A stretch of DNA of 64,000 bases from the human T2T-CHM13v2.0 reference genome, Homo sapiens: the NCBI RefSeq assembly GCF_009914755.1, contig NC_060926.1; one strand, written 5' to 3'. Of this stretch, positions 32,226 to 44,830 are shown one piece after another. The translations under genes were made by a program, and so were the position numbers. The notes beneath the pieces are model-generated. The model made no database searches. It was given only the letters and a program-made list of their open reading frames with translations, and was not told the DNA's origin. Positions within the stretch are counted from its first letter, which is position 1. Each line of letters starts with the position of its first letter.

Positions 32226-34196
32226 TTACATCAAAATGTCTCAGTGAGACTGTTCTTATCCACACATAATTGTTCTACTATAATACATTAATACACAGAC
32301 CTAATTATTACCAGATAAAAAGAAAACCTTTCTGAAGTCAGTCCTGCCTCAACTACTCTCAATACAACCCAGAGGATCACACCAGACCAGTAAATATGCA
32401 AACAAAATGATGAAGTACCACAAGTTTCTCTGTTCACTGAAGTCTATCATAATGACTACATTTTCATTTAGTTTATCTTCTTGAAAGTTTAACATAAATG
32501 GAGCTGTAGTATGATATAGACATGATCCACATTTCAGCTCTTTGTTGCTTAAGGTAAAACAATAACATGTATGAGGTTAAAGAGGAAGTTATGAAATCTA
32601 CAACCTCCTACATGGCAGGCTGAATCTGATAATATGGTTTACCTAAATAGAAAAGACACACAAAAATTTGCCAAGAATAAAGCAGCAGTGTATTTCTTTG
32701 CATACTAATGCTATTTGCCATTGCTACGAAATTCTAAGCTACCCCTTCCATCACAGATGGCAATTCTCTTATGAGGCGCCCATATAGATAAAGCACTGGA
32801 GTAAGGACAGATAAAGACACCTGGTAGCCTTTTCTCTGCCACTCAGTAGGCAGATGATCTAGGGCAGGATACCTAACATCTCTTACGCCTGCGTCTAGAA
32901 GGTGAGAATGGTAATACCTGTCTTCCTTACTTTATAGGGTCATAATGATGCTCAAATAAAACACTTACGAAAGCAGTTTGGAAAACATGAAGTTCTATAT
33001 GTAAGGGATAATTACAGCTCTTGTCTTCAAGGATAATATAGTTCATCCTTGCTTGGAAGGTCTTGCAAGAAAAAATAAGCTGCTTACTGAAAGCAGTCTG
33101 ATATAAAATCCCAACATATTCATTCATTCACTCATGCATTCATTCACTGGATAAGGATCAGATGTCAACTAAATAAGGTTCTTAGCTTTTGGGACCCTAC
33201 AGACCAGAAGAAGAAAAGATATGTGAACAGATCATTATATCTGTGTAAGAGCAGAGGTGGTAACAAAGCCTCATGGGAACACAGAGGAAGAAATGGTAAA
33301 TTCAGCCCAGAGGTATCAGGAAACATTTTTCATAAAGAGTAATGTATGAGTTGATTATATAGGATAAGTGGGAAATTGTTATCCTACCACACTTTTCTTC
33401 ATCCAATTCAATATTCTTTCCTAATCTATGATTGCAGTGCTCAACAATCATTAGATTAAAAGTTTCTATGTATAATATTCCTATGTTCCTATGTATAATG
33501 ATGCAAAGAAGTAAATTTTTTTCTAGATTACAGAACTTTTCTCTATATGTGTTCTGGTCTACTCATTCTAAAAACAGAAATATGTTCACCTTGACCATTT
33601 TCCTAGTAGCATCAAGTCCTAGAATTTGATAAGCCTGTTGCTCTGTGTCCAGAAGCAGTCATCTCGCACTGAAAGAATGAAACCTCAGTCTTTTGCCAAC
33701 ATCTAAGTCAGGCATGGTCAGGTCTTGGCATTATCAACTGAGCAATTCAAGAAAATTTACCCTGAATGATCATCCATATTTCCCTTATATACTGGAAAAT
33801 TTAATTGATCAATTACTTTCTTTCCTGTATAAAATGACATGATTTCAGTACTAATGCTTAGAATAAATATCAAGATATTATTATTTCTTCTTTTTCCCTA
33901 CAAAATTTATAATTCAGCTCTTTGTGATCCAGGCTCAACTATTCTGCCTTGAAGCTATTCTTAGTTTTCAATTCCCTTATACATACTCTTACATGAAACA
34001 TAGTAACCAAAGAACAGATGTTAAAGCTGTCTCAGGAACATCACACTAAAGGGACTCCAGTACAAGATACAGTTAGGAAGCCTGAGTTAAGCAAACTTTT
34101 AATGTTTAACATGGTTCTCAGAGAAGTGCTACAAGGTTAATCATTAACATATGAAATTTATGAACAGCCAAAGATACAAAAAAATCTATTAGGTCA

Positions 34197-34652
<456 letters not shown>

Positions 34653-35721
34653 CTACATTATGAGACTTTCAAAGTCAGTAATTACTCTTAGATTGAATAC
34701 TGCTCAGATGTTAAAACGTTCATCCCAGCACAATGGAAAATATTCTTGCCCAATTATTAAGTAAACTTGAAAAGGCATGATATTAATGAACCGCACATTC
34801 TCTTTTTCATTCTAGAAACAAAATGCAGTTTCCAGACCCAAGATGGCTTTTTGAGACAAAAACGTGTTCTCCTGTGTGTCAGGTTTCTCCTGGGGCCTGG
34901 AATTTGCCTATCTTGATTGCAGAGGCATAAAGTAGTTTGCTATTGAACCAGAAATCAATTACAGTACAGTTCACAAACATTAGTATACCTTGAGCATCAA
35001 GAAAAAGCCAGTTTTCCAATTTGTAAAATGATGGGAATGGACCATATGATCTCCAAGTTTTCTTTCATGTCTAATATCCTAAAACCTATGAGATTTCATA
35101 AAGTCATAATTCGAAAGTCATAAAACAGCAGAGCGATTGGAAAGAGGAGTAGTAACAGCAAATTCTGGCACTGCATAAACAGTGATGTCAGAAATAAACT
35201 TAAATGCCTAAGTAAGTAGTTACGTTAACATTTTAATACAGATGAGTTTTGAAAGGGGGAAAAAGCTACTTATTTCTTCACACAAACTCCGGAGAATATA
35301 GGGAATTTTGGAGTTCATTACCGTGAAATGTGATTTAACAGAAACTTTTAAGTGAATTAGGCAAATTAATGTCTTAAAAAATCTACAGTGGACCTTATTA
35401 TGAGATTTTAGGCTCCATCCCTGACTTCTGAAATTAACATTAAGGAGGACAACCATGTTCCATCATAACTTATCTCTGGGAATCCCTATAGGAAACCAAA
35501 TTCCAGGCCTCATAGATTTGACCCTACAGAAATACTTCTACTCCTAGTTCTTCCCAAAGTCTGTTAACATCTTCACGAAAAAATCCATGTATTAGAAGCA
35601 AATACTATCCTGGTATGTCAAATAATTTTAAAAATTTAATGAAGCCAAGATAATAATTTTATACATTCAAAACTTAAATTGATGCATGTTAGCAATCATT
35701 TACAAAAAAACTTCCTGTAGA

Positions 35722-35830
35722 CCAGTAGTTCTCAACTAGAGATGACTTTGCTTCTCCTACCCCCACCCCACCTCCCCGGGGATCATTTGGCAATGCCTGG
35801 AGTAATTTTGAGTTGTCACAACAGCAAGGG
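35722..35830 (+). mobile_element. MER20 (hAT-Charlie) fragment in intron 2
   Basis: CAGTAGTTCTCAAC...CATTTGGCAATGCCTGGAG...TTGTCACAAC. Confidence 0.7.
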
Positions 35831-36852
35831 GGTGGAGCTGTTACTTAATCTTTAACCTGAAAAGCAAATTTAGATTTGATTAGGATAAAATGGGATAGGG
35901 AGAGGGGAGATACTTTATTCTAATCTCCATTCCTCTGAATAGCTCCCAAGGAAAAGACAAAAACACACACATGTCCCAAATGATAGGTTGCCTCTGTCAG
36001 AGAGTTTTCTCTTTCTTAACATACAGGTTAAGAAACACTTTTCTAATACTGTTGTTTCTTTCTTTTTTTCTTACTCTTATTGTATTTTTTAATTGTCTTA
36101 GAGTCCTCTAAAGCAAGACATCAAGACAAATGCTATTAAAGTTTTGAATCTTGCTTTTTCTTGCATGCCATACCACCTCTTTGATGGAAAGAAAGAAATT
36201 GCTCACATTACCCCAATTTCCAACGGGCTTAGGCTTTAAGAAGCAACAGATTCTATGTTTACAAAAAGCCCAATATTTGGGTAAAGTCTATGTAAATATT
36301 GACCAAGTGCCCATCCTTCCTTATTTCCATTTCTTGCCTTCCCACCAATTCTCACTAAACTTGGATGACCTATTTATGTGTCCATGTACCCCCACGGGAC
36401 TGAGAGCTGAAGGCAAACCTAATAACTGTCAATGAATGATCATGGTCCTCAATCCACTTAATACTTACTAAGTGGCTACTATGTACCCGACATTTGCAAG
36501 CACTAGAGCTTCAGCAGCGCACAAAAGGTTTTCATGCAGCTCACATTCCAGTGAGCACAGACCAAAAGCAAATCTAGCACAGGGCACGTGCTGCTATGAG
36601 GAAATATAAAGTAGGATGGAGCTGGTGGCAACAAAGGCCTCCATGAGCAAAGTGAGCCTCTGGGAAACGAGGGCTGGAGAAATGCAGACATATTGGGGTT
36701 TAAATGGAGAGAGTTTGTAAGATCATGTTATCAGATATAACCAACTGGCCCCTCTTTTTCACTGTCTTACACTGTCATCTTTTTGTTATTAGATATCTTT
36801 TTTAAAGCCCATACTAAATTGTATTATAAGCTCCTTGACAATAGTATCCACT

Positions 36853-37154
<302 letters not shown>

Positions 37155-39040
37155 GGATCCACTTCTTACACTATATTGTATTTTGATAATATAGAGTAAA
37201 ATGCATTGATCCATTGGCAGATAGAAATGAAGTCAGAAATAAAAGGCATTCAACCCCACACAAAACTAACCTGAGGCAACCTTCTACTCTAATGCCCCTA
37301 CGTTCAGTGCATAAGAAATCATGACTTGGCAGGGTGGGACGGAAAATGCATATATATAAAATACATATACACACACACATAATACAGAAACATAAATGTT
37401 TTGTTGTAATAAAATCAGGCAGAGTGCCACACAAGAGAAAAAACATAAAAAGCATAATTACCTAGTGTTAGAGACATTCCTCTTTTGCACTCCTTTGCAG
37501 CGGAAAGGAGTAAAAATCCACTAAACCTTATATGATTGTAGTTGCTGCTGTTTGTTTAATCCAACTTTCTCATGAGAACTTCCTTTGCTTGACTTACTGT
37601 AAAGTTGGGATAAGCATGTGTCACCTTTCTTGTGGGACTTTTAATGAACATGACAAAATATCCTCCTGGAACAACCACGGTGCCACTGGTTTTCTGGCAA
37701 ATCTGACCTCCTAACCTATTAACCAAAGGTCACATAAACCATAATCAGAACTTGGAAGAGAGGCATCTTCTTCCTCTAAGAGCAAGGCCAGACCACAGGC
37801 TGAGAATTTCAGATACTATTTCCATCACATGTTATTAATACTTAATATTTACTGAATTAAACTGGGGGAACAAACTATTGCTTTTTATTTATTAAGGGTT
37901 GTTTCACTAGGTTTCTACTTAGCATCATCAGCTGTTGGAATTAAAACAAACTCACACCAATTCCACTTTGTTTACATGTATTTGCAGAGTCACCCCTGTG
38001 TAAGCCTCTGGTAAGATAGGAGCTTGCTTTTCTAAAATGTCATCTATAAACTGCTATTTCTTAGAGAACCAATAATGTAGCTTAACAATTTCTCAAAGGC
38101 ATTGGGTATAGATTTCCTCTTCCAGTGGTTTCCATCCATGTCTTAAGGATGATCCAATATAAGTTTCCAATTTAAAAGGAAAATAACATTCAAAAAATTT
38201 ACTCTCAAAATTCTTTCCATTCTTTTTAAATACATATGAGCCATGGACAGAATATAGCCAGATTTATTGCTTTTAAACAATAATTGTTTAATGTTAAAGA
38301 TTCTAATCATCACTGAACATATATCTAGCACCCTTCTAGTTTATTATTTTTCGGAGAGAGTTTTAGGAGCCCAGATCTACAGAAACACTAGGTCTTTTCC
38401 AGGACAACCTAGAAAGTCAGAGGGAAAACTGTAAATCCATTGCTGATATTCATTGGATGATTAATTTTAAGATAGCCTCCACTGCCCCAAACTTTATCTA
38501 ACTATAGATAACATTTTTAAAGACCAGAATTTTTGTCACTCAGATATTTGTTCTGGGGGTCATTTATGTTTCAATTAATCTTAGAATGTTATTATTAGCT
38601 TAAGTCAGTCACTCTACCATTCTATTGTATTCTCATGGTGCTGCACGCTGGAACTAAATTTTAACAAAAAAAGAAAACAAAATATTTTAAAATGTGAAGA
38701 AGAGAAGGTATATGAAACATCCATCCATCTTTTGTAGCAGATATGTCTATTTACCAAAGCTACTAATGCAACATAAAATTTAAAAACAAGGCAAATATTC
38801 CTTTCCTTGATAATCTTGTCTGGATAGTTGTCTATCTACATAAACTACGATGATCTGATAATTAAGTTGCATTAACTAACACTCATGGGGAAAGATCTTC
38901 GATGTAAATAACGTTTTCATTAAAGCATGTGTACTTGGATGATTTATTTCTTTAACTGCTTGACAAAACTGGAAGTTGGCTTAATACAACTGGCTAGAAC
39001 GAAAGGAAATAAAAAATTGCGCAACTGTGTTGTAAGACTA

Positions 39041-39166
<126 letters not shown>

Positions 39167-39656
39167 TTAATGAGCTGAGGGCAGAATGCTTATCCATTTG
39201 ATCTCATTAGAACATGATTATTAAAAACTACTTTGCAGGACAAACCACGTACATTTTATCAAGTTACCTATGAACCGATGTATTTCGTTCACTTAATACC
39301 ATTCACTAAATTCAGTTATTGACCTAGTCAATAACTGCCCAACTTCACATTTCACATACAGTGAAGAAACTCTTGTTTCAGCATTCTTTTTTGGGTTGGT
39401 TGGTTTGTTTTGTTTCTTTTTTACACAAGGCAATCCAAACTGCCCAATCTACTCCATCCGTGCCTGTGTGCAAACCCCTTTTCCCACACCCTGAATTTCC
39501 TTTCTTCCTTAACGTCCACCAAATATGAGTCAAAGGATCTTTTTACAAAGCTATGGTTCACAGCAGAGCCACATTCCTCCAGAACTCGGGTAGAGTTGCT
39601 TGTCTCCAAAGCCCCACCTGGGTTTCCACCATATGCTTTCGGTCAACGACACTCAC

Positions 39657-39699
39657 CACAGCATCCTCTCTGGCGGTTGTGATCTCCCGCCCTGGTCAT
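39657..39699 (-). CDS. SLC40A1: Ferroportin coding exon 1 (MTRAGDHNRQRGCC-G), 43 nt
   Basis: ATG at 39699-39697 (GTC ATG A). Donor GTGAGT at 39656-39651. Translation matches the known ferroportin N-terminus. Confidence 0.98.
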
Positions 39700-40025
39700 G
39701 ACACTAGGCGACCCCGCTGGCTCTTCTGCGGCTGCTATCGCTGCTGCTGCTCTCGCTGAGGTGCTTGTTAACAGGAGTGCAAGGAACTGGAGATAGCACC
39801 TCTAAAAACACAACAGCCTTGGGCAAAAAGACTACAACGACGACTTTGGCAAAGAACAAAAGAAAAGGGGCCCAGGGATTTTCTTTTTTCCTTCTTTCCA
39901 AACTTAGCTAACACTGTAGCTGAAGTTGGAAAGGCAAAGCCTTATGGAAGCGGTTTGGGAGGCTCAGCAGGTCGTCCGAGCCTAGCGGACGCCCTGAGCC
40001 AGCTCTCTCCGCCGCCGCCGCCGCC
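39700..40025 (-). other. SLC40A1: SLC40A1 exon 1 5'UTR of the IRE-containing (FPN1A-type) transcript; TSS approximate
   Basis: Lies between the TATA-like box and the ATG, contains the IRE, and no upstream ATG was seen. Confidence 0.8.
39895..39932 (-). promoter_or_regulatory. Iron-responsive element (IRE) stem-loop in the 5'UTR
   Basis: Minus strand reads TTTCCAACTT-C-AGCTA-CAGTGT-TAGCT-AAGTTTGGAAA: CAGUGN loop (39916-39911), 5-bp upper stem, bulged C (39922) and lower stem. This is the canonical IRP1/IRP2 element of ferroportin. Confidence 0.98.
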
Positions 40026-40032
40026 GCCGCCG
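40009..40032 (-). repeat. (CGG)8 trinucleotide repeat at c.-310
   Basis: Eight uninterrupted CCG units on the + strand, starting 310 nt upstream of the ATG. Confidence 0.95.
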
Positions 40033-40047
40033 TGGGCCGGGCCCAGC

Positions 40048-40072
40048 TCTTATACCGAGTCGGGGGCGGAGC
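40048..40072 (-). promoter_or_regulatory. Core promoter: TATA-like TATAAGA plus adjacent GC box
   Basis: TATAAGA on the minus strand at 40054-40048. GGGGCGGAGC Sp1-type box at 40063-40072. Confidence 0.75.
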
Positions 40073-42575
40073 TCCCTGCGACCTCCGACTGGGGCCGCCC
40101 CGTCCCCTTCAGGGCCGCCCGGGCGTCCCCGCGGCGCGAGACGAGCTCCCGTCAACCTTGCGCGCCGGGCCGTCCCCGCGCCCTTGCCCGGAGGAGTCGC
40201 CCGCCCCGGGCGCAAGCGTCCAACCGGCCGCAGACACCCTGCGCGGCTTGCGGGGACCTTCGCCTCGACGCGTTCCACTCCCCGGGTTTTCCTGCTCTCC
40301 GGGAAGCCGCGAGGGCAACCTCGGGGGGCGGCCGTGGGGCTGGGAAAAGGAGGAAGGCGCGTGAAGCCGGCGGGGCGGCGTAGGGAGATTCTGCGCGAAA
40401 CTAAGCGTCAGGTGCTGGAAGAAAGCGCTGCGCACCGGCTACCCCGCAGTTTAGGGAAAGGGCGGCCGCCGGACGGTCGCAGTGCAAAGCTCCAGCGCGA
40501 GCTTGGTGGGTGGGGATTCCTTTTTTAACGAAAATAATTTTTAATACAGGTATCTAAATAAATATAATTCATGCCACAGAGGCCGCTTTCCTGGCCGTCC
40601 CATTCCGGCCCGCCTGCAGCAGAGAATGCCTTTCCTTCCCCGGACTGCATAGCAGGGCTTCCCTCAAAGAACCAGAATCAAAGGGCAGGAAGGGGGCGCA
40701 AAGATCAGAGTCCATCCCTCTTGAGAGGAGCAAACGGAGGCTTGCAAAGGTGAAGTCCCGCAGCGAGTTACAGACCTACCCGTATCCCCAAACTGGGGCC
40801 TCCAAATCCGTCCTGGAGACAGAATGAGGATGCTGCAGCCCCAGCAAACCCTTCACCATCATTCCTTCTCCCTCTGTACCCTCTCACCCCGCCCCCACGC
40901 GCGCGTCCCTTCCCCACCTAACCTCCAAATGCCCCAGTGACAGGCTTACCAGGAATACCGGTTATCCCAGTTGTGTCCCTGGATCTGTCCCTGTCCAGAT
41001 AAAGCCATTCGGTGGCCTCCTGGAGGGTGAGGTGAATGACTAAAGAACACCAGACTGTAGCCTTGGTTGACTTCGTTTTAATCCTGCTGTGCCAAACCAA
41101 CCCCTGGGGCATACCAGCCCCTTTTGCCAGTAGGTTACCTTACCCTTCTTAATCTCACGAAAACCCTGGTAGTGGATCCTACATATTGAAACTCCAACCA
41201 GATGCCACACCTTGAGCACAGGCCAGACTGACACCCAGTAGTGAAGGGAGCCACGCATGAGTATGTGCCCTGTATCTGCACTCTCAATCAGGAGCCCCAA
41301 AGGTCTACGGGGTGGGTGCAGCTGGATTCGGTTGGGATGTGGTCTGGTGAGTAGAGATAGGGGTTACAGTTTAACTACTGCTTTTCACTGCTTTTTGCCT
41401 TTTCAAGCCCTCTTTTTTCCTTTCTTTCACACGACATTCAAGTTCTTTCTCCCAATTTAGAGAGGTTTTGGTTTGCTAACCGTGGAGAATAGGGTCATTT
41501 ATACATGCATCCTTGAGAATAAACCAAAGTATACTCAGATGAGTGAACTAAAGTGAAGGAGTGAACTGGTAAATAAACCCCTCCACTTTATGGCGATCCC
41601 TTATTAGAGATGAATTTTTTGACAGGTCCTCAACAAGGCACAAAGGATAGTGATAGTTTGCACATTTGTCAGAGTGTGTCTCAGCAACAAGGACCTCCAA
41701 GTGCTTTACATTAATTATTACATATTATAAGAAGGGGTGTCATGCTGTCCCCAACTTCCAGGTGGCTTTTTAAAAGTTCGGTTGGTTAAAAAAAAAATTA
41801 CTTCCCGTAGACACTGTTTAAGAAGTATTTGTGGAAAGAGTGGCTAAGTCAGCATATACCTCAAAATGTGATATGGAGTCTCTGTTCTCCATTGTCACCA
41901 AGGAGTCCCCAGAAGCCAAAACCGAGAGAATGTTATAAAGAACAAATGGGATACTGCAGTGAAGCAAGTAGGAAAGATACTTTGGAAAGAAAACAAGCAA
42001 GGTTCATGACATTAAAACCAGTGAGTGAGCTGTGGAAGGGGAATCTTAAATCCTAATTAATGAGAATAGTTGAGATATGTTAGTTGGGGCTTATGAAATG
42101 GAAAGAAATTGAAAATGAAAATAGAATAAAAATCCTCAAACTATTCAGAAAGTGCAAAATGACAGAATTCTTTTGGCTTTGACATGCTAGGTTACAAAGC
42201 ACCGCTTTAATCACAAGACCCTTCGGGCTCTTCCTCCTTCTGAGAAAACATTTGACCAGTTGAAAATTAAGATTTCTTCCAAAAGTCATATATATGTTTT
42301 TGAGAACACAGAACATACAACATTCCTATCAATTTAATCTAACTAAGAAAGTCATGCAAGTTTTAAGTCAGTTTACAAAAAATAGTAGATACCCTAAAGA
42401 CCATGTGCCAATTCATTTTCAACATGTTTTAAAGTTTGTAACTAGGTTAACCACCTTTTTAAAAATCCCAGCCAGAATAAAATGTATATGGCTATTTAAA
42501 ATTCATTTAAAGTGTTTATAGTTGGGAAATAAAAACGGTTTTATCATTTCATTTTTAAGTTGCCTTTTCACTTAC

Positions 42576-42700
42576 CGGCCAGGCATCCTCAGTTTCCTCT
42601 GCCATATCAGATGTGCTCACCAGGACAAAGGCAGAATAAAGAATGGTCACTATTCCACTGCTCTGAAGAAAAAAAGTAATAGGGTTATCACCAACTATTA
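42576..42700 (-). other. SLC40A1: Candidate upstream alternative first exon (IRE-less, FPN1B-type); 5' end unknown
   Basis: Consensus donor CCG|GTAAGT at 42575-42570. WGATAR motifs at 42685-42690 and 42912-42917, CACCC at 43003-43007. Matching acceptors lie in exon 1 downstream of the IRE. Confidence 0.6.
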
Positions 42701-43027
42701 CAGGAAGGGCTCCAATCCAGGACTGTGCTTCTGTTGGATGTGAACCTTTTTACATTAACTTAGGAGCTATAAAGCCACGTTTCCATTCAAAAATCTTTCT
42801 CAGTGTTACAGGCAAATTTCAAGAACGGTTTTATATTTCTATAATATGAATGAATGGCTCTTGAGAAGTTTAAGTTCAACATCTACTTTAAATTACAGAC
42901 ATCCTATTGAAAGATAAATATCCTCCCAGGTCTTCATTTTGTTTGAACATTTCAAATAGATTTGACCTTGCGAAGTTTCTTATGAATGCTGGCTCTCATT
43001 GGGGGTGCTCTCTTGCTTCCTCTCTCT

Positions 43028-43030
<3 letters not shown>

Positions 43031-43078
<48 letters not shown>
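43031..43078. repeat. (AC)24 microsatellite
   Basis: Perfect dinucleotide run. Confidence 0.97.
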
Positions 43079-43082
<4 letters not shown>

Positions 43083-43139
43083 GTCTACAGTTTCTAGTTG
43101 GAAAAATTAAATACAGAATTCAGAAGATTCCAAAAGAAA

Positions 43140-43375
43140 TATACTCCTAAGGCAAATCCATAGAGACAGAGAGCATATTGGTTGTTTTCAGAGCCTGGGA
43201 GGAGGGAAGAATAGGTAGTGACTGCTTTATGGGTGTGTAGTTTCCCTTTGGGGTGATGAAAATGGTCTGAATCTAGATAGTGGCAATGGTTTTGCCACAA
43301 TGTGAAATAATAAAAGTCACCAAAATGGCTCAAGTGGTGAATTTTATGTTATGCAAATTTTAGCTTGATTAAATA
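43140..43375 (+). mobile_element. Old L1 3'-end fragment (L1MB/MC-like)
   Basis: GGCAAATCCATAGAGACAGA...TTTGGGGTGATGAAAATG...GTGAATTTTATGTTATG. Confidence 0.75.
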
Positions 43376-44624
43376 TATATATATTCTTAAAAGGAAAGTT
43401 TGCCATTTTTCAATAATGGTATTGATTGAGATAAATGTAGGCCAAATGTAGTCTCAGGAGATCTTAATCAAATAGAAAGAGACTGTAGAAAGAAAAAAAG
43501 AGAAGTCTTGTCCATTACGCTGACTGGAAACTAAAACATGGAACTAAGTTAACTGTTTAGTTTTCTCCATATACAGCCAGAAAATACATAAAATTCTATT
43601 TAATAAATATTTCAGTCTCTTAACTTTTGCCGTGGATCGTCACTTTTGCTGTCTAATCTAACTCTCTCATGTTACAATGTCAAGTCTGTTCTCCTGTATT
43701 CTGTCTGAATTCATTAAAGCGCAAAACAAATGCTTGGTATCACCACAACAGTATCCCCTTCACGTTCTCCAGATGCTGCTCAGCCTTGCCTTCCTCAGGT
43801 TGTATAAACAGGGATGGATTTCCCAAGTGTTCAGTTATTTTAGCTGGTATTCTCGATGCCCTTTTCAACAGCAATTTGATTGCAAGCCCCTAACAGAAGA
43901 CAGCACAGAACACCTCATCCATCTAAGCAGAGTTCCTGTTAACACATTCTCATATCTTCAATCTTCCTTTTCAGACACTCTACACTGTTTCTAAGCAGCA
44001 CCTTGAAGCTGATCCCTACTAAGCTGGCCATAAACATATTCATGAAGATTGCATTTTGCACTGCTGTCAAAAAGTTCAGAGTTCCTTAATGTTTTGTTTA
44101 GGACATAGTTCATGTTTCCAGTGCAAGAGTCCCTGTTTCCAGCTCCCTCCCCACCCCAACCTCTTAGTGGTATGATCTTTGTGTTTGTTCTTCTGTTTTG
44201 TTTTTTTTTTCCAGTAAATACTACTTCCATACTGCTGATTTTTCCCTTATCAAGTCTCACAAAATACCCAATTATTACAGCATGTCAATTATGAGTGCAA
44301 CATAGTAAAAGATAATGATGTCTCTCAGTCATAAAATCCCTAGACAATATCCTTAGTCTTGGGTCCTTAATTTGTGCTCACACAATAGTGTAATAAGGAA
44401 AATCCTAGAACTATAAAGACTTTTATCATGTGACCTGGACAAAGCCCTCTTCTCTGATGCAATTAGGAAATACTGGCTACAGTAATTATATCAGCATTTA
44501 AGAAAAGTTAAAAATACAGTATGAAGGCCCCTCCCAAGGATGTCTGTCAGAAATATTTCATTGCAGTGTTATCTACACTGAATCAACATATATAACAATA
44601 GACACCATATATTTGGAGCACTAT

Positions 44625-44830
44625 ACAAGTGGAAGATATGACACAAGGTGCTTATCAGATATTATTTTATTTTCACAACGGCCCTATGAAATAATACTGA
44701 TATTATCCCCAGTGTACATATAAGGAACTGAGACTCAGAGAGGTTAAATAACTCACTAGAGGTCACTCAGCTAGAGAGGAGCAGAGCTGGGATTCAAGCC
44801 TAGACTTGTCTGATTGCAAGGCCTTTGTTC
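44625..44830 (-). mobile_element. MIR
   Basis: Core GGAACTGAGACTCAGAGAGGTTAAATAACT...GGTCAC...GGGATTCAAGCCTAG. Confidence 0.75.

Larger units (their letters stand above)
39640..40910. promoter_or_regulatory. CpG island over the SLC40A1 promoter and exon 1
   Basis: Sharp rise in GC and CpG density (core about 39970-40500) in an otherwise AT-rich, CpG-depleted window. Confidence 0.9.

Noticed and set aside
32579-32590. PU.1/SPI-C-like AAAGAGGAAGTT (also about 26594) and scattered RCGTG hypoxia cores near the promoter
   Set aside because: Short motifs expected by chance in 64 kb and not clustered enough to call.
39704-39901. 65-aa ORF in the 5'UTR overlapping the IRE
   Set aside because: Starts at TTG rather than ATG and is out of frame with ferroportin. 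Not supportable as a uORF without Ribo-seq.
39955-40528. 100-142 aa Arg/Pro/Gly-rich ORFs on both strands
   Set aside because: Stop-codon depletion in the CpG island explains them and no domain is recognisable.
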